Source: a virus
UHGV virus genome: UHGV-1360403
DNA length: 42,236 bases
Reading direction: 5' to 3' (one strand)
In this document: in pieces, positions 18,515-27,648 of the stretch
Numbering within the stretch: position 1 is the stretch's first letter
Layout of the letters: each line of letters starts with the position of its first letter
The notes under the pieces: model-generated
The model's database searches: none
Told to the model about the DNA's origin: nothing
What the model saw: only the letters and a program-made list of their open reading frames with translations
Translations under genes and position numbers: made by a program

Positions 18515-19980
18515 TGGCACGAAACAAACAAGCCCTGCGGCGAACTGCGCAGGCCACAGCTGATGGTTATGAGAATTTTATTGCCCGCGTAGGGATGCAG
18601 ACACCTAACCAGCACTCAGCATCCACCTACCGGGCTAATTTCACCAGTCGTAACCGCATGCTGGTGGAATGGTCCTATCGTTCGTCCTGGATCATCGGCG
18701 AAGCAGTCGATGCTATCCCGGATGATATGACCCGCAAAGGCATTCGCATCACTTCGGAAATTGATGCAAAAGATCGTGGCATTCTCGAATCACAACTGGA
18801 TGAGTTGCAAATCTGGGATGCGCTGAATGACGTGCTGAAATGGTCGCGCCTCTACGGCGGCGCGGTGGGTTTCATCATGATTGAGGGGCAGGCACCAATG
18901 ACCCCGCTGCGACCCGAAACCATCGGTAAGGGCAAGTTTAAGGGAATTCTCCCGCTCGACCGCTGGATGATTGACCCGGTACTGACCCGCCGCATTAAAG
19001 ATATGGGGCCGGACCTGGGTAAACCTGAGTTTTACGATGTGGTGACCACAGCAACGGGAATTCCTGCCTGGCGCATTCATCACAGTCGACTGATTCGCTT
19101 TGATGGCGTCACGCTGCCATTTCAGCAGAAGATGACCGAGAACGAATGGGGAATGTCGGTTGTAGAGCGTATCTGGGATCGTCTTACCGCGTTCGACAGC
19201 GCTACTGTCGGCGCGGCGCAGCTGGTCTACAAAGCGCATTTGCGTACCTACAGCGTGGAGAAGCTACGCGAGCTTATCGCACTTGGTGGTCCTGCGTATG
19301 AAGCGTTGCTGAAGAATATTGACCTGATTCGACAGTTCCAGAGCAATGAAGGCATGACTCTCATGGACTCGCGGGATAAGTTTGAAACCCATCAGTACAG
19401 CTTCAGTGGTCTGGATGACATCCTTTCACAGTTTGCAGAACAGATTAGTGGCGCTGTTGGTATCCCACTGGTGCGGTTGTTCGGACAGTCCCCGAAGGGA
19501 TTTTCTACCGGCGATGCAGACCTTGCCAACTATTACGACCGGGTAAGCTCGTTGCAGGAGAGGCGTTTACGTCTTCCGGTGCGGCGGATACTGGACATCA
19601 TGCATCGTTCGGAACTTGGCAAGCCGCTGCCGGACGATTTCACGTTTGAGTTTAACCCGCTCTGGCAAATGTCTGATGTCGATCGCTCAACGGTGGCGTT
19701 AAACACTACCAACGCAATCAGTACAGCGCTGGGTGATGGTCTGATGACACTGAAAGCCGCTATGACTGATTTGCGAGAAAATTCTGACGTAACCGGCATC
19801 GGGGCATCCATTACCGACGAGGACATCGAGAATGCCGAAGATGAAGCGCCGCCCGGCATCGGCGAACCTGATGACGAACCGCAGGAACCGTCAGGCGGAA
19901 ATCCGGTATCGAACCAGCCTACGCAGGATAGCGCGGGCGGTCGGGGACATCGTAAATGGTCACTACGATGGTTCAAATGA
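18514..19980 (+). CDS. Portal protein
   Basis: 488 aa directly after the large terminase; acidic C-terminal tail. Confidence 0.75.
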   Translation: MARNKQALRRTAQATADGYENFIARVGMQTPNQHSASTYRANFTSRNRMLVEWSYRSSWIIGEAVDAIPDDMTRKGIRITSEIDAKDRGILESQLDELQIWDALNDVLKWSRLYGGAVGFIMIEGQAPMTPLRPETIGKGKFKGILPLDRWMIDPVLTRRIKDMGPDLGKPEFYDVVTTATGIPAWRIHHSRLIRFDGVTLPFQQKMTENEWGMSVVERIWDRLTAFDSATVGAAQLVYKAHLRTYSVEKLRELIALGGPAYEALLKNIDLIRQFQSNEGMTLMDSRDKFETHQYSFSGLDDILSQFAEQISGAVGIPLVRLFGQSPKGFSTGDADLANYYDRVSSLQERRLRLPVRRILDIMHRSELGKPLPDDFTFEFNPLWQMSDVDRSTVALNTTNAISTALGDGLMTLKAAMTDLRENSDVTGIGASITDEDIENAEDEAPPGIGEPDDEPQEPSGGNPVSNQPTQDSAGGRGHRKWSLRWFK

Positions 19981-20605
19981 CAGTATCACGGAAATTATTG
20001 AGGCGCTGGAGCGCTACAGTGAAATCATCACCCCCTGGGCGACAAAGGTCGCGGAAAACTTTACCGCCGATATTGTGCGCAAGAATGATGAGCAGTGGCG
20101 TAAACACAGCAAAACCATCAGCCGTGAGCTACGCAATCTGGTAAACAGTGCCCCGCCAGGGCAGGTGATGAAATCCATCGTTGCTGAACAGGTTAAGTAC
20201 ATTAAATCGCTACCCCTCGAGGCGGCTGACAGGGTGTACGACATCCAGAATCGGGCGATTGAAGCTGTTGTGACCGGTGGGAGAGCGGAACATTTTGCTA
20301 AAGAAATAGCCGCATCGGGTGATATAGCAAAGTCCAGAGCTGACCTGATTGCCCGTACTGAACTTGGACGTGCAACCGGCGCGCTGGATCAGGCGCGTGC
20401 GCTGGCAATTGGTTCGAATGGTTATATCTGGCGTACAGCCGAAGATGGTGACGTCAGGCATTCTCATCGGGAAATGGAAGGTAAATTTGTCGAATGGGGC
20501 AAACCTCCAACGCTTGATGGCATGACCGGTCACGCTGGCGAGCTCCCGAATTGCCGCTGTTATAAAGAAATCGTTTTTCCCACCTCCCATTCTTATCCCG
20601 CCTGA
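19832..20605 (+). CDS. Head morphogenesis protein (Mu F / SPP1 gp7-like); start uncertain
   Basis: C-terminal motif ...RHSHREMEGKFVEWGKP...GELPNCRCY typical of Mu F-like minor head proteins; ORF overlaps the portal 3' end by 149 nt. Confidence 0.7.
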   Translation: MPKMKRRPASANLMTNRRNRQAEIRYRTSLRRIARAVGDIVNGHYDGSNDSITEIIEALERYSEIITPWATKVAENFTADIVRKNDEQWRKHSKTISRELRNLVNSAPPGQVMKSIVAEQVKYIKSLPLEAADRVYDIQNRAIEAVVTGGRAEHFAKEIAASGDIAKSRADLIARTELGRATGALDQARALAIGSNGYIWRTAEDGDVRHSHREMEGKFVEWGKPPTLDGMTGHAGELPNCRCYKEIVFPTSHSYPA

Positions 20606-20619
20606 ATCGCAGGTAACAC

Positions 20620-21840
20620 ATGAAATATTTTTTCAATACCCGGCTGGGGGAAACCCGCTATCAGCTGGCTGACGGCTCGTTGCTGTGCAAAGACGTGCCG
20701 ATAGGACGAACAGGTAAGCAGCTCTATGGTGCTGATGACCTGCCAAAACTGAAACCCGATAAGTTCGGTGAAATAGTCGTCACGCGTTCTCCTGAGCAGG
20801 TATTCCATCCGGCCACGCTCGCCTCATTCGAAGGGATGAGCATCACGATCCTGCATCCTGAAGATGAAAACGGGAATGTGCGGCTGGTAAATCCCGAGAA
20901 CTGGAAAGAGCTTGCTGTCGGGCACCTCCAGAATGTCCGGCGCGGGACGGGTGAGCAGTCTGATTTGATGCTGGCTGACCTTATCGTCAAAGACGAAAAC
21001 GCCATTCAGCTTATCGAAGATGGCCTGCGAGAAGTGTCGTGCGGCTATGACGCGGAGTACGAGCAGACCGAGCCAGGTAAAGCCGGGCAGGTCGATATTA
21101 CCGGAAACCATGTGGCTCTTGTCCCCAAAGGCAGAGCCGGAAATCGTTGTGCAATTGGAGACAGAGACACAATGGCAAATCAAAAGAAAAACTGGTGGAA
21201 CCGCATGCGTGCAGCCATCAAGACAGGAGATGCCGACACCATGAACGAACTGGTGGAGTCGGCTCCCGCATCGGTTACAGGAGATGAGGGGGATTTGCCG
21301 CAGGGCGTTAATCTCAACATCAACCTGTCCCCGCAGCAACCACTACCGGACAAAGCACCAGAGATGGGTGGAGGTCCAACCGGCGACAGTGATGATGACC
21401 TCAAAACATTACTGAAAGCCCTGCTGGCTAAGCTGGAAGGAAATGCCACGGGCGATAACGATAATAAGCCTGACGATAATCCGACCGGTGACGGCGAGGA
21501 CGATGAAGAGGAAACCACGATTACTGGTGACTCAGCCTGGCGTGCCGAAGTTATCGTTCCGGGTATCGATCTGAGCCGTAAGATGAAACCGACCGAGTTC
21601 AAACGCGAGGTTCTGGCTTCCGCAGATAAAACGCTGGTTCGCCAGATTGTCGGTGATGCGGATATCCGCAAATTGCCGAAACAATCGGTCGACATGGCGT
21701 TTAATGCCGTGTCTGAGATTGCCAAAGGGCGAAACACCCGCGCCACCACCGGCGATGCACAGCGCCTAAACATGGGCATGACCAGTATCGCTTCCCTGAA
21801 CAAACAAAACGCTGAATTCTGGGCAAACCGTAAAGGGTAA
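20620..21840 (+). CDS. Head scaffold / prohead protein (DUF2213-like)
   Basis: 406 aa with a long acidic low-complexity middle; position between head morphogenesis and capsid genes. Confidence 0.5.
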   Translation: MKYFFNTRLGETRYQLADGSLLCKDVPIGRTGKQLYGADDLPKLKPDKFGEIVVTRSPEQVFHPATLASFEGMSITILHPEDENGNVRLVNPENWKELAVGHLQNVRRGTGEQSDLMLADLIVKDENAIQLIEDGLREVSCGYDAEYEQTEPGKAGQVDITGNHVALVPKGRAGNRCAIGDRDTMANQKKNWWNRMRAAIKTGDADTMNELVESAPASVTGDEGDLPQGVNLNINLSPQQPLPDKAPEMGGGPTGDSDDDLKTLLKALLAKLEGNATGDNDNKPDDNPTGDGEDDEEETTITGDSAWRAEVIVPGIDLSRKMKPTEFKREVLASADKTLVRQIVGDADIRKLPKQSVDMAFNAVSEIAKGRNTRATTGDAQRLNMGMTSIASLNKQNAEFWANRKG

Positions 21841-21843
21841 AAA

Positions 21844-22350
21844 ATGAATAATGTATTTCTGTACCGGATGCCTGTTGGCATTGCCGGGGCTGTCTCTCGC
21901 CCGCAGGACTTAACCGTCGAACCGGTGGTCCTTAAATCCGATAACGCCTTCGCTGCCTATGGCCTGGCTGGTAAATACGATGATGACGGTTTTTTCGTGC
22001 CGCTGGCAGATGGTGATACCGCAGACAAGGTAAAGGGGATCTACGTGCGCCCTTATCCGACCACGTCGCAGCCGGACATGGTTCGCCAGGTGGGAACAGG
22101 CAAGAACTTCCCGGGCGACGCCATGAAGCGTGGCTACGTGACTGTTAATCTCGGTTCTGATTTTGATGCCAGCACCATCAAAAAAGGCGACCCGGTATAC
22201 GTTGTCGTCTCCACTGATGAATCCATCAAAGTGCCGCTGGGGGGATTCATGTCCACGTCAGTCAGTGGCAAAAATGTGGTGCTGACCAACGCTGAATTCA
22301 CAGGTGCCGGTGATGCTGACGGCAATGCAGAAATTTCCTGGAAGATTTAA
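21844..22350 (+). CDS. Head structural / decoration protein
   Basis: 168 aa directly upstream of the major capsid gene. Confidence 0.45.
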   Translation: MNNVFLYRMPVGIAGAVSRPQDLTVEPVVLKSDNAFAAYGLAGKYDDDGFFVPLADGDTADKVKGIYVRPYPTTSQPDMVRQVGTGKNFPGDAMKRGYVTVNLGSDFDASTIKKGDPVYVVVSTDESIKVPLGGFMSTSVSGKNVVLTNAEFTGAGDADGNAEISWKI

Positions 22351-22361
22351 GGAACAGACGA

Positions 22362-23303
22362 ATGATTACTTTTGATCAGGCAACCGTTGACAGCTCTGGT
22401 GCCTTTCTCATCGGGGAGCTGGAGCGACTCGACCAGACGCTGAACCTGCCACTGGTGGGGTACACCTGGACCCGCGATATTCAGTTGCGTGAAGATGTCT
22501 CTATCGCAGATGACATTTCCAGCTGGACGAATACCAGCTTCGCCGCTGCGGGTACTGGTGCAAATCCGAATGGCAAAAACTGGGTAGGCAAAGACTCAAC
22601 CGCTATTGCTGGCGTGAACGTGGATATCGGCAAATCCGGTAACCCGCTGAACCTGTGGGGGATGGAACTTGGCTGGACGGTCATAGAATTGCAGGCTGCT
22701 CAGCAGGTCGGCCGCCCGATTGATACGCAGAAGTATGACGGTATGCAACTGAAATGGCAGATGGATAACGATGAACAGGTATATGTTGGCGATTCCGCAT
22801 TAAACCTGAAAGGCCTTGTTACCCTGGACGGCGTGCCTGTCAACAACGCTGCCAAAACGTGGGCAACCTCAACACCGGACGAAATCCGCGCAAGCATTAA
22901 CCAGGTGCTGTCTGATGCGTGGGCCGCTTCCGGTTACTCTGTGGTTCCGCGTGATTTGCTGATCCCGCCTGAGCAGTTTGCTCTGTTGTCCAGCATCATC
23001 GTTTCATCTGCGGGTAACCAGTCCCTGTTGACGTATCTTCAGACCAACACCATCAGCTATCACCAGAACGGTGTTCCGCTGAATATCCGCGCGGTTAAAT
23101 GGCTGAAAGGCCGTGGTGTGAGGAAAAAGGATCGCATGGTTGCGTACACCAACGATAAAAAATACGTTCGCTACCCGCTGGTTCCGCTTCAGAGCGTGCC
23201 GGTGCAGTATCGCGGTCTGTATCAGATCGTCACTTACTACGGCAAGCTGGGTGCGGTTGAGCCAGTGTACAAAGAAACCATTTCGTACGTTGATGGCATT
23301 TAA
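22362..23303 (+). CDS. Major capsid protein
   Basis: 313 aa at the expected position in the head module. Confidence 0.65.
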   Translation: MITFDQATVDSSGAFLIGELERLDQTLNLPLVGYTWTRDIQLREDVSIADDISSWTNTSFAAAGTGANPNGKNWVGKDSTAIAGVNVDIGKSGNPLNLWGMELGWTVIELQAAQQVGRPIDTQKYDGMQLKWQMDNDEQVYVGDSALNLKGLVTLDGVPVNNAAKTWATSTPDEIRASINQVLSDAWAASGYSVVPRDLLIPPEQFALLSSIIVSSAGNQSLLTYLQTNTISYHQNGVPLNIRAVKWLKGRGVRKKDRMVAYTNDKKYVRYPLVPLQSVPVQYRGLYQIVTYYGKLGAVEPVYKETISYVDGI

Positions 23304-23344
23304 CAGCCACATGGCCCCCTGGCGGGGCCATTAAGGATGACCCG

Positions 23345-23566
23345 ATGGCAAAAAATAATGCAGTAATACACGTACATACCCCGTTTGTGCTCACGCTTCC
23401 CGACGGTTCACGGCGCGAGTTTGTTAAAGGCCGTCATGCTGTGGAGGAAGACGTTGCCACGCACTGGTTCACTCGTGCGCACGCGGAAGTATCCGTTGGC
23501 AAAGCCACAGACGCGCGTAACGAGGTAAAAAATGCCAAAGAATCAAAATCTGCCAGCGGTAAGTGA
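23345..23566 (+). CDS. Small hypothetical head-module protein
   Basis: 73-aa ORF in the structural operon. Confidence 0.4.
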   Translation: MAKNNAVIHVHTPFVLTLPDGSRREFVKGRHAVEEDVATHWFTRAHAEVSVGKATDARNEVKNAKESKSASGK

Positions 23567-23939
23567 TTTTCGCCGCGACTTCCCGCAGTTTGCTGACCCT
23601 GCCAAATATCCCGAAGCGCAAATCCAGTTTCGTCTGAATCTGGCCGATGAACTGCTGAGCGAAAACGTCACCGGCAAAAAGTTGTTTCCGTATTTTGCCG
23701 GATTGTTCGTTGCACACTACATGACGCTCTGGGCGGCAGACAGCCGGGCGATGCTGGCTGGCGGGCCGGGCGGTTCAACCAATGGTGTTCAGTCCTCAAA
23801 GTCCGTTGACAAGGTAAGCGTCAGCTATGACACCAGCGCGACGCTGAATCCTGATGCAGGTTTCTGGAATAACACCCGATATGGCGCTGAATTTTATCAG
23901 TTGATCACGATGTTCGGTGCAGGCGGTCGCCAGCTATGA
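23532..23939 (+). CDS. Head-tail connector / head completion protein
   Basis: 135 aa between capsid and tail genes. Confidence 0.45.
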   Translation: MPKNQNLPAVSDFRRDFPQFADPAKYPEAQIQFRLNLADELLSENVTGKKLFPYFAGLFVAHYMTLWAADSRAMLAGGPGGSTNGVQSSKSVDKVSVSYDTSATLNPDAGFWNNTRYGAEFYQLITMFGAGGRQL

Positions 23940-24490
23940 GTTTCAAAAGCGGTGTAACAACGAGGGTGGATAACGCTAAGGCCATTCTGGATGCGCTCAG
24001 GTCGTTAACCAAAAAAGATGTGCTGGTCGGCATCCCTTCGGAAGACAGCGGGCGGGATGATGTTCCGTTTGGTAATGCGGGCATCGGTTACCTCAACGAA
24101 TACGGCTCACCAGAGCAGAACATCCCGCCACGACCTCACCTGGTCCCCGGCGTTAAATCGGCAGAAGAGCAGACGGTGCCGCAGCTCAAAACCGCGGCGC
24201 AGGCTGCTCTTGATGGTAATGCTGCGGGAGCAGAACGCGCACTCAACCGTGCCGGAACGCTGGCCGCTAATGGCGTCAGGCGTTACATGACTATTACCGG
24301 CTTTACGCCGCTTGCTGACAGCACTGTTGAAGCCCGGGCTCGTCGGGGGCGCAAGGGGGCAACACTGGAACTTGCCCGGCGTGTTGCTGGCGAATCTCCC
24401 GGAACCGATCTGGCGAAACCATTAATTGACACCGGGCAATATCGCAGAGCTATTACCCATGTAGTGAGGGATAAAGATGCCGACTCTTGA
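23936..24490 (+). CDS. Structural protein (head-tail joining), hypothetical
   Basis: Overlapping start/stop with neighbours in the structural operon. Confidence 0.45.
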   Translation: MSFKSGVTTRVDNAKAILDALRSLTKKDVLVGIPSEDSGRDDVPFGNAGIGYLNEYGSPEQNIPPRPHLVPGVKSAEEQTVPQLKTAAQAALDGNAAGAERALNRAGTLAANGVRRYMTITGFTPLADSTVEARARRGRKGATLELARRVAGESPGTDLAKPLIDTGQYRRAITHVVRDKDADS

Positions 24491-24866
24491 TGTAACAGAT
24501 GTGCTTTTTGACCCCGATTTTTGCGGCTTCAATTTGTGGGTAACACGCCGAGTGCAAACGGTGGATGAGGACGGGATCGGCAGCGACAGTGAAGTTAAAA
24601 AGCAGTTTGCCGGAGTCGTAACTGTTGATCGCTCTCTGGAAAACCGTCGTATGCAGGCCGGGCAGGTAATCAGTGGTGCAATTCTGATTGTGACGACTGA
24701 GCGACTGACACAGGGACAGACTGGCCGTGATGCCGATATCGTGACGTATCAGGGCCGTGATTATCGTGTGACTTTCGTCGACCCGTATACAGCGTATGGT
24801 GCCGGATTCGTTCAGGCGCATTGTGAGTTGATGCCGTTTGATGGGGGAACTCCGGTTGAGCAATAA
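24477..24866 (+). CDS. Structural protein, hypothetical
   Basis: Overlapping start/stop with neighbours in the structural operon. Confidence 0.45.
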   Translation: MPTLDVTDVLFDPDFCGFNLWVTRRVQTVDEDGIGSDSEVKKQFAGVVTVDRSLENRRMQAGQVISGAILIVTTERLTQGQTGRDADIVTYQGRDYRVTFVDPYTAYGAGFVQAHCELMPFDGGTPVEQ

Positions 24867-25404
24867 CACCAGTACAGAGCGCGGATGGTTAATACCAACC
24901 AGTGGCGATCCGGATTATGACGAAGCGCTCGACAGGCTGTTAAGCCAGTGGATGCGTAACGTTTCCGGCCTGTCTGCCGGGATGGTTCGCCCGCGCTGGC
25001 AGAAAGAGCAGCCGCCACTGCTACCGGTTGAAACGAACTGGTGTGCGTTTGGGGTTATCGGATGGTCAGGTGATGACAGTCCGGCATTCACCAGACAGAC
25101 CGATGATGGCTCTCAGCTCTGGCGGCATGAAACGATTGAGTGTATGGCTTCGTTTTATGGACCGGCGGGGATGGTGTATGCGTCCCGGTTTCGTGACGGT
25201 ATATCTGTGCCGCAGAACAATGCAGCACTGAATGCGCTGGGGCTGTCTCTTGGCGATTACACAGGTCTGACTCCCTTCCCTGAACTTATTAATCAGCAAT
25301 GGGTCCGCCGCTACGATATGACGGTGCGCCTGCGCCGGAAGGTTGTGCGCGAGTACGGTATTAAATCGCTGGTGGAAGCACCAGTCATCTTTTTCGGAGA
25401 TTAA
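24838..25404 (+). CDS. Structural protein (tail completion), hypothetical
   Basis: 188 aa immediately upstream of the sheath gene. Confidence 0.45.
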   Translation: MMGELRLSNNTSTERGWLIPTSGDPDYDEALDRLLSQWMRNVSGLSAGMVRPRWQKEQPPLLPVETNWCAFGVIGWSGDDSPAFTRQTDDGSQLWRHETIECMASFYGPAGMVYASRFRDGISVPQNNAALNALGLSLGDYTGLTPFPELINQQWVRRYDMTVRLRRKVVREYGIKSLVEAPVIFFGD

Positions 25405-25407
25405 GCT

Positions 25408-26553
25408 ATGGCACAGGGCTTGCCTGTATCAAACGTTGTTAATGTTGATGTGATCATGTCGCCGCGTGCAGCATCAGGGCGAAATTTTGGTGCATTACTC
25501 ATTCTCGGCCCGTCCACAATCATTCCGGTAAGTGAGCGCATTCGCCGTTATTCTGCCGCGGAAGATATTGGAAAAGATTTTGGCGTGGAATCACCAGAAT
25601 ATAAAGCTGCGCAGGTGTTTTTCTCACAATCACCGAAACCTCAGGAGGTTTTTGTTGGTCGTTGGGTGAAAACGAAGGGAGACAGCGAACAGGCCACGCC
25701 TGAGACGCTGGAGCAGGCTGTGAATGCCATGCTTGATTATACTTCATGGTATGGGCTGGGGATTGCAGACGATGCAGATATTCCGGATGCAGACTGGCTG
25801 AAAGTGGCTGCGGCGATCGAATCCTCTTCTGTAAGCCGTATTCTGGCGATTACGACAAGCGATGAGAAATGCCTGCAGACTGCATCCAGAGATGATTTGG
25901 CATCAAAACTGAAAAGCGCCGGATATTCACGCAGTTTTATACAATATTCATCGGGTAATAAATTCGCTGCGTTATCTGCATTTGGCCGGGCATTCACGGT
26001 TAATTTCAATGGCAGTAATACCGCGATTACGCTCAAGTTTAAGCAGGAGCCGGGTGTCGGGTATGAAACACTGACAGTCAGCCAGGCATCGGCACTTGAT
26101 GCAAAAAACTGCAATGTGTTCGTGTACTACCAGAATGATACAGCTATCCTCCAGCAGGGAGTGATGGCTAACGGCGATTTCTTTGATGAACGCCACGGCC
26201 TGGACTGGTTACAGAATTATGTGCAGACCAACCTCTATAACCTGCTTTATACCAGCACCACGAAGGTTCCCCAGACTGAAGCCGGTATTACCCGACTGTT
26301 ATCAAATGTTGAAAAATCACTGGATCAGGCCGTTCAGAATGGACTGATTGCTCCGGGCGTATGGAACGGTGGCGACCTTGGCCAGTTGTCATCAGGTGAC
26401 ACGCTGCCCAAAGGTTATTACGTATACGCCCAGCCGCTGGATGAACAGGCACAATCAGAACGTGAAGCCCGTAAGGCTCCGGTGATTCAGGCTGCAATAA
26501 AACTTGCAGGCGCGGTTCATTACGCTGACGTACAGATTAACGTTGTTCGCTAA
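25408..26553 (+). CDS. Contractile tail sheath protein (DUF3383-like)
   Basis: 381 aa, followed by the tube gene and a chaperone/tape-measure pair. Confidence 0.7.
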   Translation: MAQGLPVSNVVNVDVIMSPRAASGRNFGALLILGPSTIIPVSERIRRYSAAEDIGKDFGVESPEYKAAQVFFSQSPKPQEVFVGRWVKTKGDSEQATPETLEQAVNAMLDYTSWYGLGIADDADIPDADWLKVAAAIESSSVSRILAITTSDEKCLQTASRDDLASKLKSAGYSRSFIQYSSGNKFAALSAFGRAFTVNFNGSNTAITLKFKQEPGVGYETLTVSQASALDAKNCNVFVYYQNDTAILQQGVMANGDFFDERHGLDWLQNYVQTNLYNLLYTSTTKVPQTEAGITRLLSNVEKSLDQAVQNGLIAPGVWNGGDLGQLSSGDTLPKGYYVYAQPLDEQAQSEREARKAPVIQAAIKLAGAVHYADVQINVVR

Positions 26554-26563
26554 GGGGAAGTGA

Positions 26564-27004
26564 ATGTCTACCTATTCTTTTATGGATGTCACTGCGACGC
26601 TGACCGGGCCGACCGGTTCGATTGACCTCGGGTACGGTTCGGCAAGTTCTGAAGAGGGGATTGTGGTTGCGATGGGCGGTCCTAAAAACACCATGACCAT
26701 CGGTGCTGATGGTGAAGTGATGCACAGCCTCCATGCAGATAAAAGCGGGACGATTACCGTTAACCTTCTGAAGACATCACCGACAAATAAAAAATTGTCG
26801 CTGGCGTATAACGCACAGAGCCAGTCTTCTGCCACATGGGGGAATAACGTTATCGTTATCCGCAACAAGGTCAGCGGCGACATCATCACGGCACGCAGTG
26901 TTGCGTTCCAGAAACAACCGGATAACGCCAACGCTAAAACCGGTAATACGATGCCGTGGGTGTTTGACTGCGGCAAGATTGACCAGGTTCTCGGGGAGTT
27001 TTAA
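26564..27004 (+). CDS. Tail tube protein (DUF3277-like)
   Basis: 146 aa between sheath and tail chaperone. Confidence 0.65.
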   Translation: MSTYSFMDVTATLTGPTGSIDLGYGSASSEEGIVVAMGGPKNTMTIGADGEVMHSLHADKSGTITVNLLKTSPTNKKLSLAYNAQSQSSATWGNNVIVIRNKVSGDIITARSVAFQKQPDNANAKTGNTMPWVFDCGKIDQVLGEF

Positions 27005-27007
27005 TGC

Positions 27008-27460
27008 ATGGAATTCGAAATTAAAGGCGTGAAATATCGCACGGCAAAACTCAGCGTTTTTGACCAGCTGAAAGTGACCCGCAAACTTCTGCCGGTGCTG
27101 GCAGGAATGATGTCAGATTTCGGGAGTATTCGCTCCCGTTTGCCTGCTGACGGCAAAATCGACACCGTGAAATTCGAACAGTTAAAACCGGTGTTTGAAA
27201 CCATGCTCCCGCGTATCGCTGAGGAACTGTCTTCCCTGACCGAAGATGACACCGATGCGATTATTCATCCCTGTCTTGCGGTGGTATCGCGGCGTCATAT
27301 GGACGGATGGGTGCCGGTATTTACCCAGGGCGAACTGATGTTTGATGATATTGACTTGCTGGTCATGCTGCAGCTGGTGGCGCGGGTGGTCGCCGATTCG
27401 CTGGGAAATTTTTTGCCTACACCCCTTACCAGCACGACGCAGAGCCTGCAACAGGGCTGA
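27008..27460 (+). CDS. Tail assembly chaperone (G-like, zero-frame product)
   Basis: 150 aa immediately before the tape measure gene; slippery site near its 3' end. Confidence 0.7.
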   Translation: MEFEIKGVKYRTAKLSVFDQLKVTRKLLPVLAGMMSDFGSIRSRLPADGKIDTVKFEQLKPVFETMLPRIAEELSSLTEDDTDAIIHPCLAVVSRRHMDGWVPVFTQGELMFDDIDLLVMLQLVARVVADSLGNFLPTPLTSTTQSLQQG

Positions 27461-27648
27461 CGTTTAACAGCCTGCCGGACGGGCTGTCCTACCTTCTCAA
27501 TCCGGTTGACGCCGGGTTAATTCCTTATACAGCACTTAAAGATGGCTCTGTCGATTTGTATGACATTGCTCTCTTGAATGACCATCTGGCGGTAAAAGCG
27601 GATAACCAGCGACGCATTGAGAAATGGAGAGAGGATAATGAACGCTGA
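27008..27648 (+). CDS. Tail assembly chaperone frameshift fusion (GT-like) via -1 frameshift at 27409-27415
   Basis: Heptamer T_TTT_TTG in the zero frame; -1 frame stays open for 77 codons (AYTPYQHDAEPATGLTFNSLPDGLSYLLNPVDAGLIPYTALKDGSVDLYDIALLNDHLAVKADNQRRIEKWREDNER) ending at 27648. Confidence 0.6.
27409..27415 (+). other. Slippery heptamer for the programmed -1 ribosomal frameshift
   Basis: T TTT TTG read in the chaperone zero frame (codons TTT 27410-12, TTG 27413-15). Confidence 0.55.

Noticed and set aside
21180-21881. 233-aa minus-strand ORF antisense to the scaffold gene (and similar antisense ORFs at 20824..21339 and 20210..20590)
   Set aside because: Ser/Pro/Ala-rich translations mirror the acidic low-complexity region of the sense-strand protein; antisense artefacts.
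27617-27637. TTG start at 27617 for the tape measure gene (ORF track)
   Set aside because: The ATG at 27638 has a better Shine-Dalgarno (GAGAGG) and begins the conserved N-terminus MNAETIKDF; the upstream extension also overlaps the frameshift product.
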